Assembly (NCBI GenBank): GCA_965247095.1
Contig: OZ251997.1
Coordinates: 2,112,001-2,176,000 of the forward strand
DNA length: 64,000 nt
Direction: 5' to 3'
From: Candidatus Multivorans sp.
GTDB lineage: Bacteria > Acidobacteriota > Thermoanaerobaculia > Multivoradales > Multivoraceae
The translations under genes were made by a program, and so were the position numbers. Shown piece by piece: positions 10,739 to 20,176 of this stretch; the stretch's first letter is position 1; each line of letters begins with the position of its first letter. The notes under the pieces are model-generated. The model had not been told where the DNA came from and searched no databases. It saw only the letters and a program-made list of their open reading frames with translations.

Positions 10739-12588
10739 CGCGCCGCAGGGGACGAGACCATCGCCCGACGCAACGCCGCTTCGGCCCGGGCCAGGGCGTC
10801 GGCGGCGCACCTGGCCACGACCAGGGAGACGCCCCTGCGACTCACGGCAGCGCCGATCTCCTGCTCCAGCCCGGACGACTCCTCGACCCGCGCGTACGGG
10901 AGGCCGAACGCCTGCGCCAGCCCGGCGAAGTCAACCCCATGCGGAGTGAGCCAGTGTCTGCCTGCCGGGCCGCGGAACACCTCGGTCGAAGCGATCGGCA
11001 GCCGCTCGAAGATGCGTCCGCCCCCGTTGTCGATCACGACGATCACCGCGGGTGGACCTTCCCCGTACGCGGAGGCCACCGTCAGACCGTCCAAGTCGTG
11101 CAGCAGGCTGACATCGCCAAGGAGCAACACGCCGGCCGGAAAGCCGCCGGTGGAGAGCGACCCCAGGAAACCCGCCACGAGACCGTCGACTCCGCTCAGA
11201 CCCCGCTGGCTGGCGACCCAGATGCGTCGCTCGAGCCCGTCAACCCAGGTTTCCACCAGGCGCACGGGCAGACTGTTGCCGAGCATCAGCAGACCGTTCG
11301 TCGGTGTCGCCGTTACCGTCGCCCGCGCCACTTCGCCATCATGAAGGCCACCCTCTCCGGAATCGCCGGCCAGCTTCGCAACCGCTCCGCTGAACCGACT
11401 GCAAAGGGCGAAGACATCCCGCCGCCACCCTTCGGCCGCCGGATCGACTGGATGTTCCTTCAATCGGCCGGAGAGGCCGGCAACAGTGGCGCCGACATCT
11501 CCAAGCAGGAACACCGACGCAAGTCCGGCCGGATCGGTCCAGGGCCCGTGCGAGACCACGACCTGCGACGCACCACACGCTTCCAGGAGGCGCTGCGCTC
11601 CCCCCGATACGGGCGGTGCTCCCACTTGGACGATGAGGTCCGGTAGCGCCACAGACTGCCCACCGTCAGCCGTCCAAGCCGCGCCCAGGCACTCCGCGAG
11701 ATGCTCCGCTCCGCCGGAACTCGCCGCGTCCACGAAGCGACTCTGGCTAGTGGCCTCCGCCAGCAGCGGGAAGCCGGTCCACCGAGCCAGTTCAGCAAGG
11801 CCGAAGACATCGCCGCCGCGCCGGCGGCCGTCCGGCGGAGGCAGAGCCAGCGGACCGGCGACGATCAGCCCACGCTCCGCCTGCCGGCAAAGGCGCGCCG
11901 CGCGGTCCAGAAGATCCGGGTCCGGCGCGGCGCTCGGCATGCCGACCTCGAGCGGTTCACCGAGCAACTCGTCCACCGCCGCCGCCAGCGGGTGGTTCTC
12001 CCGAACTTCCTGTCGTTCCAGGGGCTTTCTTGCGCGCACGTTCAGATGCACTGCCCCGCCTCGCGGCCAGCGCGAGCGGAACACCGCCTGCGCCGCCGTG
12101 CGGCGAAGGGCCCGCAAGTTCAGCGGATCCACCCGGCCGCCCAGATCGATCTCGGCGAAGAAGTTCACCGCCGAGCCGAAGAGCTTCGTCTGATCGGCGG
12201 TCTGCGGCGCCGCGCAGTCCATCAGCTCAGTCGGCCGGTCGGCGCTCAGGACGATCAGCGGCAGGCCGGCCTCCCGGGCCTCCAGGATCGCGGGCAGGTA
12301 GTGTGCCGGCGCGCTGCCCGAGGTGCAGATCAGGGCCGTCGGCATGCCGGTGGCCCGGGCCTGGCCGAGCGCGAAGAACGCCGCCGCTCGCTCGTCGATG
12401 ATGCTCACGAGATCGAGTTCGGCTGCCGCGCCCGCGCCCACCACATCGAGCGCAGCCAGCACCAGCGGGGTCGAGCGGGAACCCGGACTCGTGACCGCTC
12501 GCCGCACGCCAGCTTGAACCAGGGCGCCCACCAGCAGGCGCGCACGCTGGAACTGCGCCTCGCCCGCGGCGGACGGCGCTAGCTCCAT
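10735..12588 (-). CDS. menD: SEPHCHC synthase (TPP-dependent)
   Basis: SPGSRSTPL, IDERAAAFFALG, CTSGSA, SADRP, GNSLPVR, RGLSGVDG, GDVSLLHD, NGGGRIF. Confidence 0.95.
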   Translation of the reverse strand: MELAPSAAGEAQFQRARLLVGALVQAGVRRAVTSPGSRSTPLVLAALDVVGAGAAAELDLVSIIDERAAAFFALGQARATGMPTALICTSGSAPAHYLPAILEAREAGLPLIVLSADRPTELMDCAAPQTADQTKLFGSAVNFFAEIDLGGRVDPLNLRALRRTAAQAVFRSRWPRGGAVHLNVRARKPLERQEVRENHPLAAAVDELLGEPLEVGMPSAAPDPDLLDRAARLCRQAERGLIVAGPLALPPPDGRRRGGDVFGLAELARWTGFPLLAEATSQSRFVDAASSGGAEHLAECLGAAWTADGGQSVALPDLIVQVGAPPVSGGAQRLLEACGASQVVVSHGPWTDPAGLASVFLLGDVGATVAGLSGRLKEHPVDPAAEGWRRDVFALCSRFSGAVAKLAGDSGEGGLHDGEVARATVTATPTNGLLMLGNSLPVRLVETWVDGLERRIWVASQRGLSGVDGLVAGFLGSLSTGGFPAGVLLLGDVSLLHDLDGLTVASAYGEGPPAVIVVIDNGGGRIFERLPIASTEVFRGPAGRHWLTPHGVDFAGLAQAFGLPYARVEESSGLEQEIGAAVSRRGVSLVVARCAADALARAEAALRRAMVSSPAAR

Positions 12589-14129
12589 GCGCCGAGAATC
12601 GCGTCGAGCTTGAGATTCGTCTCAGCCAGTTCGCGGTCGGGATCCGAGTCCGCGACGATGCCGGCGCCCGAGTAGAGCAGTCCCTTTCGGCCCGCTGCGA
12701 GGCAGGAGCGGAGAGCCACCGAGAACTCGCCATCGCCACGGCCGTCGAACCACCCGACCGGACCCGCGTACCAACCCCGGTCCCGGTCCTCCGAGCGCCG
12801 GATCGCCTGAAGCGCACCGGCGGTCGGACTACCCGCCACCGCAGGAGTCGGATGCAGCGCGCGCACCAGCCGCAGCACGTGGGGCGGCTGGGCGGTTTCC
12901 GCGAGCGCGGCACAAATGGGCGTCTCCAGGTGAAGGACGTTTCTCAGCACACGCACGCCGGGGAGAGATGGCGGTACCGCGGCGCCGCAGCTCCGGTCGA
13001 GCCGCTCGACGAGGTAGCGGACGACCAAATCGTGCTCCAGCCGGTCCTTTGCGCTCTCCAGCAGGCGCCGCTCCAACTTCCGGCGCTTCTCCGGAAAGGG
13101 GTCGCTGGCAATCGAGCCCGCCAGAGCCTGGGTCTCGATCCGCCGACCACGCCGCCGCACGAGAAGTTCCGGCGTGGCGCCGAAGAAGATCGATCCCCCG
13201 CGAAGGAAGGCGAAACAGGTGCAGGTCGGCATGTGCCTCCGCAGGCGTTCCGTGATGCGGGCCAGATCGGCGATCCCGAACGGCCGCCCGAGACCCAGTT
13301 CCACCGTGCGAGCCGCGACCACTTTCTGCAGTCGCCCGTCACTGACTTCGCTACGGAGCTCCTCCACCCGGCGAAGCCACTCCTCGGTAGCGGGCTGATC
13401 GAAGCTCCGCAGAACCTCGGGCAGAGCCAGCAGGTCCGGGGCGGCCTCGGCCCTGTCCCGGGCGGCGCCGTTCCCGTTGGCGCCGTCCGGCGGCCCATTC
13501 CCGGGATCGAGTTCATCGGCAAGACGCAGCAGCCGTTGCCGCCACGAAGGCGTGGCCGCAACGCCGGCGCCGTCAAGGACGGTGTAGAGGTAGGCCGACT
13601 CCGCCTCCGCGACGTAGCCGACCTGAGGCAGAACGAAACTGCCGGCGCCGAAGTCGCCCCAGTCGGAACCGGTCGCACCCGGTCGCCCTTCGGCCGCTCC
13701 TGGATCGAACGCGAGACCTCCGTAGACCCGCAGAGCGAGCGGATCGACGTCCGCCAGTTCACCCCACAGACCGGACGCCCCCTCGGCCAACCGATCGATC
13801 GCGGCGTGCGCCGCGTGCGCACCCGGACCGAAACAGGAGTCGGAAACCGCGGCTGTGGAACCGTTGCCCCCGTTCGCGCCGGCGACATCCTCGAACGGCG
13901 CTGCCGACTCGATCTCGAAACGCCGCGCGGCGCCCCAGCCGGCGCATTGCATGCCGTCGGCCGGAGACCACAGATGTCCCACCGGCTCGCACTCGCGGAA
14001 GTCCCGCGCTGCCAGCCGCAGGAACTCTTCGGGCGCCACGCGCGGTGCATCGACGCGCAGCGTCGACAGCGAGGCCCGGGGCGCTCGCGCCCGTGGAACC
14101 AGCCGCGGTCCGGCGGCGGGCGACGTCAT
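12579..14129 (-). CDS. menF: Isochorismate synthase
   Basis: KVVAAR, FFGATPELL, ALAGS, KDRLEH, LHPTPAVAG, RGWYAGPVGW, GAGIVADSDP. Confidence 0.92.
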   Translation of the reverse strand: MTSPAAGPRLVPRARAPRASLSTLRVDAPRVAPEEFLRLAARDFRECEPVGHLWSPADGMQCAGWGAARRFEIESAAPFEDVAGANGGNGSTAAVSDSCFGPGAHAAHAAIDRLAEGASGLWGELADVDPLALRVYGGLAFDPGAAEGRPGATGSDWGDFGAGSFVLPQVGYVAEAESAYLYTVLDGAGVAATPSWRQRLLRLADELDPGNGPPDGANGNGAARDRAEAAPDLLALPEVLRSFDQPATEEWLRRVEELRSEVSDGRLQKVVAARTVELGLGRPFGIADLARITERLRRHMPTCTCFAFLRGGSIFFGATPELLVRRRGRRIETQALAGSIASDPFPEKRRKLERRLLESAKDRLEHDLVVRYLVERLDRSCGAAVPPSLPGVRVLRNVLHLETPICAALAETAQPPHVLRLVRALHPTPAVAGSPTAGALQAIRRSEDRDRGWYAGPVGWFDGRGDGEFSVALRSCLAAGRKGLLYSGAGIVADSDPDRELAETNLKLDAILGAWS

Positions 14130-14884
14130 GCGTCGGTCTCCGCCGACGGCGGCGCGTCAGCCGGCCGGGCAAGAAACAGGTTGCAGACGCCGAAGGTCAG
14201 ACTCCGCGTCTCGATCGACTCCAGGCCTGCGGCGGCCATCGTCCGGACGAACTCGGCGACCGGGGGAAAGGCGCCAATCGACCGTTCCAGGTAGCGGTAC
14301 TCCTCGGCGCCGGCAAGGAGCGCACCGACGAACGGGACGACGACGTGGATATAGAAGCGAGCCAGTGCACCCGTGAGGCCGGCGGAAGGTTCGCCGGCTT
14401 CGAGCACAACCACGCGCCCTCCCGGCCGCGTAACGCGGGCCATCTCCAGCAAGGCGCGGTCACGGTCCGGAATGTTGCGGATACCGAAGGCAGTGGTCGC
14501 GGCGTCGAAGGACCGGTCGGGGAACGGAAGCTCCTGCGCGTCGCCGGCGTCGAGGGTGACCCGATCCCCGAGTCCCGCTTGCTCGACCTTGCGGCGGCCG
14601 ATCTCGGTCATCCCGCGGGACGCGTCGATTCCGTGGACAGCGACGCCAGGGTACCGGCGGGCGATCGCGATCGCGAGATCTCCGGTACCGGAAGCAACGT
14701 CGAGTACCCGGACCGGCCGGTGAGCCGGAGCGTCCAGCGCCAACACTTCCGCCGCGATGCGCCGCCAGCGCCGATCGCCGCCCAGCGAGATGATCCGGTT
14801 CACGAAGTCATAGCGGGCGGCGATGCGATCGAACATCGCGCCCGAGCCGCCTTGGCTCTGCATTGCATCCGCGAGCAAGACCAT
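14126..14884 (-). CDS. menG: Demethylmenaquinone methyltransferase (UbiE/MenG); start uncertain
   Basis: MFDRIAARYDFVNRIISLG, VLDVASGTGD, AFGIRN, YRYLERSI. Confidence 0.92.
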   Translation of the reverse strand: MVLLADAMQSQGGSGAMFDRIAARYDFVNRIISLGGDRRWRRIAAEVLALDAPAHRPVRVLDVASGTGDLAIAIARRYPGVAVHGIDASRGMTEIGRRKVEQAGLGDRVTLDAGDAQELPFPDRSFDAATTAFGIRNIPDRDRALLEMARVTRPGGRVVVLEAGEPSAGLTGALARFYIHVVVPFVGALLAGAEEYRYLERSIGAFPPVAEFVRTMAAAGLESIETRSLTFGVCNLFLARPADAPPSAETDA

Positions 14885-14911
14885 CCAGGGATCTTCCGGG
14901 CGCCGGCGCGC

Positions 14912-16081
14912 CTACCGTTCTCGCAGCGCACTGGCATGCGCCACGGCCACGAGCGCCCGTCGGGCTTCCCCATCGGGGATACCGGCCAACGCCGCGACTC
15001 CCTGATCGACGTAGGTCGCGGCAAGGCCCCGGCAGATTCTCTCGACGCCGTGGCGAGCCATTGCCTCCAGCACACGTCCCTGCCGACTGGAAACCTCTCT
15101 GGCGGCGCCGTCGCCGTTGCTCCGCCCGCCGTTCGCAGGTCCGTCGCCGTTCGTCGGTCCATGTGCGAATCCGGCTCCATCAACGTTCGGGATGGACCCG
15201 TGATCCTCCGCGATGGCGCGAATCGTGTCCACCAGTTCCGGCTCACGGTCGAGTACGGTGATCAGTGGATAGGTCACCTTGCCCTCGGAGAGATCGCTGA
15301 ACAGCGTCTTGCCGGTGTTGCTGTGGTGACCCACCAGATCAAGCAGGTCGTCGATCAACTGGAAAGCGACTCCGACCGACTCGCCGTAGGCCTCGAGCGC
15401 GGCGCAGACCTCAGGCGGCGCGCCGCCTGTCGATGCGCCGGCGCCAAGCGCCCACCGGAACAGGGCCGCGGACTTGCCGCGGGCGACCTCGAAGTAGAGC
15501 TCCTCCGACGTATCGAGGCGGCCGCGGTTCTCCAGTTGGAGCGACTCGGCGCGAATCATCTCGGCGATCGTCGCGAGCAGACCCTCCATCACGCCCGGTA
15601 CACCCGCCCGTTGAACACGCTGCAAGGCCTCGATCAGCAGATAGTCGCCGGCGAAGATCGACGCCGCGTTGCCGAGTTCAACCCGCGCCGTGGGCCGGCC
15701 GCGCCGGCGAGCCGCGTTGTCGACCACGTCGTCGTGCAGCAGCGTCGCATTGTGGATCAGTTCCGCGGCTACCGCTATGTCGCACACGGCCGACCCCGAG
15801 GCGCCCCCGACCCGAGACGCCAGGACGACGCACAGCGGCCGCAACCGCTTGCCGCCGAGGTGAACCAGATCCGCACCGGCCTCGCCCACGAGCATCTCGC
15901 GCGTAGACAGGGCGGCCAATTCGTTCTCCACTGCCGCCAGATCGTCACGCACGAAACCGACCAGATCCTCCATCGTGGAGGCGAGGCCGCTCAGACCGCC
16001 GTCGATGCAGAGGTCGCGCAGCCGTACCAGCACCTCGTCGGCCACGACGTGGCCAGGCCGGTGATCGGGGAGCATGGTCAA
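14912..16081 (-). CDS. Polyprenyl diphosphate synthase (IspB/HepT-like)
   Basis: GGKRLRP, HNATLLHDDVVD..RRG, FQLIDDLLD, GKTLFSDLSEGKVTYP. Confidence 0.9.
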   Translation of the reverse strand: MTMLPDHRPGHVVADEVLVRLRDLCIDGGLSGLASTMEDLVGFVRDDLAAVENELAALSTREMLVGEAGADLVHLGGKRLRPLCVVLASRVGGASGSAVCDIAVAAELIHNATLLHDDVVDNAARRRGRPTARVELGNAASIFAGDYLLIEALQRVQRAGVPGVMEGLLATIAEMIRAESLQLENRGRLDTSEELYFEVARGKSAALFRWALGAGASTGGAPPEVCAALEAYGESVGVAFQLIDDLLDLVGHHSNTGKTLFSDLSEGKVTYPLITVLDREPELVDTIRAIAEDHGSIPNVDGAGFAHGPTNGDGPANGGRSNGDGAAREVSSRQGRVLEAMARHGVERICRGLAATYVDQGVAALAGIPDGEARRALVAVAHASALRER

Positions 16082-16767
16082 CTCTCCTGTTCCTCGAAGC
16101 GCTGCTCGGGGGGCAGATGCTCATCCCTGACCACGGAGCGCAACTCTACGTCTTCCTCTACGTCGAGGTCCGTCACTCGCTCCGGCAGCGCGCCGTAGTC
16201 GCGCCGCGAGAGGGCGAGGTTCCCCAGTCTGGCGGCGACGGCCCCAGCTCCCAGCAGCGCCTTGAGTCCAAAGTCCGTCACCGTGCCGCCTTTCAGCAGA
16301 AACTCCGCGATCGCATCCGCGCGCGCCATGACGGTGTCGATCGAACGCAGACGTTGGAGGAAGACTCTTGTATTGGGAGAGGAGTCACCCTCCAGAGCCG
16401 GAATCCAGTCGCGCATATTCTCACGGATCGGATCCCATTCCCGTCGCTTGCGGATCTGGACGACGTTGCGGAGCACACGCTCAAGGTCGGTCTCCGGGCG
16501 GTAGACGACCCGCCGCGCCCCTGCGACGCGCTCGGGCGCAATCAGCTTCCATTCGCGGAGTTCCCGGCAGGCCATCGACACCGCGCCGCGGCTGAGTTCA
16601 AGGCCCGCCATGATCTCCTGAGCGTCGGCGGGTTCACTGCGCGACATCAGCCAGCCGAAGACCCTGGCGGTAGTCGGCGGCACGCCCCAGAAGGTCCCCA
16701 GCGCGCCCCAGAGCTGCACGAACTCTTCACGAACCCGATCTACGCTGTCTGAAGGTCCGTCCGTCAT
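16078..16767 (-). CDS. GbsR/MarR-family transcriptional regulator
   Basis: FVQLWGALGTFWGVPPTTARVFGWL, wHTH LELSRGAVSMACRELREWKLI, KRREWDP; first gene of the men operon. Confidence 0.85.
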   Translation of the reverse strand: MTDGPSDSVDRVREEFVQLWGALGTFWGVPPTTARVFGWLMSRSEPADAQEIMAGLELSRGAVSMACRELREWKLIAPERVAGARRVVYRPETDLERVLRNVVQIRKRREWDPIRENMRDWIPALEGDSSPNTRVFLQRLRSIDTVMARADAIAEFLLKGGTVTDFGLKALLGAGAVAARLGNLALSRRDYGALPERVTDLDVEEDVELRSVVRDEHLPPEQRFEEQES

Positions 16768-16795
16768 GAACGTCGCCCTGGGTTCTTCTGCATGA

Positions 16796-17680
16796 TCACT
16801 CGTTCACGCGGAGTTCAACGTGCCGCAGCCGTACGGTGACCCGGCCCGCAGGCGGGAGCCTACCGCTAATCGACACTGGCAGTTGAAGTTCTCTCGCCGC
16901 GAGGATCTCGATCTCGCCCTCCAGCCCCAACAACTCGAAGTCCTCGGCCCTTCCCTCCCGGCCGATGGCGACCGGCGTCAGCGTGAAGTGAACCAGGGTC
17001 AGGTCCTCCGGGGACGACCCGCCGGCAATCGTAAACCCGGGCACAGCCTGAACCACCTCCGGATCCCGGTCGATCCGAACGGCCAGCACCTGCCTGTTTG
17101 AGAACACCGGAACGGTCCTGCTCGCCACACCGGCTTCGGCCGGCAGCGCCGCCAACCGCCCCACCAGGTGCAGAAGGGCCGACGGCTCAGACAGCGGCGC
17201 CGCGAGTCCCGCCGGCACCTCGTAAGCAAGCGGATAGCGGTGCGTCCATTCCGAGACAGGCAGGTCGGCCTCTCCAGCGTTCGGCGTCGCCCTCTCCGCC
17301 TCTACGCTGCCCTCACAGAACGTGTAGCTCTTGTAGCGATTCCGGCCGCCCCGCTCCTCCTGAATCCGGATATGGGCCTGGAGGCTCTCCGGATCGAACC
17401 ACAGCGAGAACGTCGAACGCCGGCCCAGCATCGAGGACTCGATGCTGATCCGCGCGGCCGAGGCCGGCAACGAGGGGCGGCCCGCACAGTGGTCGTTGGC
17501 CGGCAGCGCGGCCGTGGGATCGAACTCGACCGCGGCATCCACGGAGAGAAAGAGCTTCTTCGCCCGAAACTCGAGTCGTTGCCACGGCGGCTCACTGCCG
17601 GCCACCGCAACCGGCAATGCCGCCGCCAGGACGGCTACGAACGCGGCAGCCGCCCTCAGTTCCCGCTCCACGCCGAACAC
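16796..17680 (-). CDS. Exported hypothetical protein (beta-rich, possibly DUF3108-like)
   Basis: Signal-like AAAAFVAVLAAALPVAVA; fills gap between amidase and regulator; family not certain. Confidence 0.6.
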   Translation of the reverse strand: MFGVERELRAAAAFVAVLAAALPVAVAGSEPPWQRLEFRAKKLFLSVDAAVEFDPTAALPANDHCAGRPSLPASAARISIESSMLGRRSTFSLWFDPESLQAHIRIQEERGGRNRYKSYTFCEGSVEAERATPNAGEADLPVSEWTHRYPLAYEVPAGLAAPLSEPSALLHLVGRLAALPAEAGVASRTVPVFSNRQVLAVRIDRDPEVVQAVPGFTIAGGSSPEDLTLVHFTLTPVAIGREGRAEDFELLGLEGEIEILAARELQLPVSISGRLPPAGRVTVRLRHVELRVNE

Positions 17681-19110
17681 GGCGGTCTGCGACCGATCCA
17701 GGGCCTGTTACGTTCGAGCTGGCCGGCCAACCGCAACAGTAACCCCTCGCCTCCCATGGGGGCGGCAAGCTGAACGCCGATCGGCAGACCGGCGTCGGGT
17801 TCGGTCCAGCCAAGCGGCACTGACGCGGCCGGATTTCCCGCCACGTTCATCAGTTGCGTGAAACCGATCGTCTGGAGCAGCGCGGGCAGGTAGTCGTCGC
17901 CCCAATTCGATAGCGACAGGAGGCCGAGCGTCGCCGGCGGCGCCGCCATCGTCGGCGACAGGAGGACGTCGTAGCCACCCGAGAAGAAGGCGGCCACCTG
18001 GCGGCCGACCGCGTGCACCGTGCGCGTCGCGCGAACGTAGGCGGCGGAGTCGTACTCCTCCGCCACGGCGGCCATGGCCCAGGTCTGCGGTTCCAGTTCG
18101 TCTTCGCGCGCCTTCCGGCCGAGTGCCTCGGAACGTTCCGTCACCGTGGCGCGGACGTTGGCGCCCACGATCAGCCGGGTAGCACTGCCCAGCGAGGCGG
18201 CGTCGATTTCCGGCGCCGCCTCCTCCACCTCGTGTCCCATCTCCAAGCAGAGGCGGGCGGTCTCCTCGGCCGCGGCGACGCAGGACGGATGAACCGCGGC
18301 GCCGTTGAACGCCCTTACAGTCAGGGCGATCCGCAACCGCCCCGGTTCCCGGCCGACTTCTTCCAGGAAGGGACGCTCCGGCGCCAGCGCCGCGTAAGGG
18401 TCGCCCGCCACCGGCCCGGCCACCGCATCGAGCAGCGCGGCGCTGTCGCGCACCGTGCGGCTCACACAGTGCTGGACCGAGAGACCGGCCCACCCCTCGC
18501 CGGCATCCGGGGCCAGCGACACGCGGGCGCGACTCGGCTTGAGGCCGAACAACCCGCAGCACGACGCCGGGATCCGGATCGAGCCGCCACCGTCGCTGGC
18601 GTGAGCGGCCGGTACGATGCCCGCCGCCACCGCGGCGGCGGCGCCGCCCGACGAGCCGCCCGCGATGTGCTCCAGGTTCCACGGATTGCGGGTCTGACCG
18701 AAGATCGCCGACTCGGTGCTGGTCGTGAGCCCGAACTCCGGCGAAGCGCTGCGGCCCGCGATCAACAGGCCGGCCTGGCGGTAGCGGCGGACCATCTCGG
18801 AGTCGTGGTCGGGCACGTTGCCGGCGAACAAACGGCTGCCGTTCGTCATCGGCAGACCGTCGGCGGCCGCGTAGAGGTCCTTCAAGAGGTAGGGGACGCC
18901 GGCGAACGGTCCGCCCGCCGCCACCGCTTCCGGCGCCGCGGCCGCGGCGCGCTCGAAGTCCGAGTACACGATCGCATTCAGGGCGCCGTTCAACTCGGAG
19001 GCGATGGCGGCAGCGCACTCGACCGCCTCGGCCGGCGCCAGCTCTCCTGAGCGCAGCAGGCGCGCCAGTTCCAGTCCGTCGCTCTCCAGGTACGTCGCTC
19101 TGAGACTCAC
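17656..19110 (-). CDS. Amidase signature family enzyme
   Basis: GVPYLLKDL, TRNPWNLEHIAGGSSGG, DGGGSIRIPASCCG; GTG start after GGAGGGAGG. Confidence 0.92.
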   Translation of the reverse strand: MSLRATYLESDGLELARLLRSGELAPAEAVECAAAIASELNGALNAIVYSDFERAAAAAPEAVAAGGPFAGVPYLLKDLYAAADGLPMTNGSRLFAGNVPDHDSEMVRRYRQAGLLIAGRSASPEFGLTTSTESAIFGQTRNPWNLEHIAGGSSGGAAAAVAAGIVPAAHASDGGGSIRIPASCCGLFGLKPSRARVSLAPDAGEGWAGLSVQHCVSRTVRDSAALLDAVAGPVAGDPYAALAPERPFLEEVGREPGRLRIALTVRAFNGAAVHPSCVAAAEETARLCLEMGHEVEEAAPEIDAASLGSATRLIVGANVRATVTERSEALGRKAREDELEPQTWAMAAVAEEYDSAAYVRATRTVHAVGRQVAAFFSGGYDVLLSPTMAAPPATLGLLSLSNWGDDYLPALLQTIGFTQLMNVAGNPAASVPLGWTEPDAGLPIGVQLAAPMGGEGLLLRLAGQLERNRPWIGRRPPCSAWSGN

Positions 19111-19167
19111 GGGGCCTCCCTCCAGGTCCGGACAGACCGTTGCCCGGCAGACCGGAAGCGTACCGCG

Positions 19168-19238
19168 TTCCATCCGAGCGCCCGATGACGGGCGCTCGGA
19201 CTGGTTCACGGGTGGCGCGAACCGCGCCACCCGGGTTC
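19168..19238 (-). repeat. 71-bp double-hairpin extragenic element, copy 2 (inverted relative to copy 1)
   Basis: Reverse complement matches 4916-4986; 3 mismatches, two in a loop and one in the linker. Confidence 0.9.
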
Positions 19239-19310
19239 GCCTTGAGGGACCGTCACCCGTCCGGGCAGTGCCCAGGCCGCGAGATATGCATGATCGTCTA
19301 TAGTCGAGCC

Positions 19311-20138
19311 ATGGCCCACCTTCGCTCGCTAGTCACGTTGGTTTCCATCGCCACACTGTCCTTTTCGACGCCCGCGGCGGCCCAGACCGCGTCGCCGGGC
19401 AGTCTCGTCCACTGGCAGGGCGAGGGGATCACGCGCTGCTTCATCGGCGACCGGGCGTTCGCAGCAACCGACGTCGACGGTCAACCAGGATGCCTGGTTC
19501 CAGTCGGCCTCACCCGAACCGACGACATCGTGGCCGAGCGGGACCGGGACGGCCGGCGCGAGCGCCTGCGAATCGGCCTCGGGGAATACCCCTATTCGGT
19601 GCAGCGGCTGCATATCAAGGACCAGAGCCGGGTCGACCTCTCGCCCGAGGACCAGGCCCGCGTGGCGCGCGAGAACGCGCTGATCGCGAAGCTCTGGGCG
19701 CGGCAGGGAGAGCCGCGCTTCTCCCTACCCCTGGGAGCGCCTCTCGAAGACACCCCGGACGGCGGCCGCTTCGGCGCCAAGCGCATCATCAATGGCGAAC
19801 CTCGCTCGCCGCACACCGGCGCCGACTATGGGGTTCCCCAGGGCACACCTGTGCTGGCGGTCGACGACGCTGTCGTCGCGCTGACCGGCGAGTTCTTCTT
19901 CTCCGGCAACGCCGTCTTTCTCGACCACGGCAACGGCCTGATCAGCATGTACTTCCACCTCCACGAGGTGTTCGTCGAGCAAGGCGAAGAGGTTTCCCGC
20001 GGCCGCCTGATCGGCAGCGTCGGCTCGACCGGCCGTTCGACCGGACCGCACCTGCATTTCGGCATTCGCTGGCAAGGCGCGCGGGTCGACCCCGCCTTGC
20101 TCCTTGGCAGGCCGGCCGCGATTCAGACCGTTCACTAA
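19311..20138 (+). CDS. M23 family metallopeptidase
   Basis: Signal peptide; HTGAD (HxxxD), DHGNGLISMYFHL, STGPHLH (HxH). Confidence 0.92.
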   Translation: MAHLRSLVTLVSIATLSFSTPAAAQTASPGSLVHWQGEGITRCFIGDRAFAATDVDGQPGCLVPVGLTRTDDIVAERDRDGRRERLRIGLGEYPYSVQRLHIKDQSRVDLSPEDQARVARENALIAKLWARQGEPRFSLPLGAPLEDTPDGGRFGAKRIINGEPRSPHTGADYGVPQGTPVLAVDDAVVALTGEFFFSGNAVFLDHGNGLISMYFHLHEVFVEQGEEVSRGRLIGSVGSTGRSTGPHLHFGIRWQGARVDPALLLGRPAAIQTVH

Positions 20139-20176
20139 GTCCTGACCCGGGGGGCGGCAGCGCCCGGGAATCAGCG

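Noticed and set aside
14045-16198. Long opposite-strand ORFs (also 5531-7171, 21175-22968, 28171-29844, 32999-35278)
   Set aside because: High-GC shadow frames overlapping well-supported genes; no recognisable motifs
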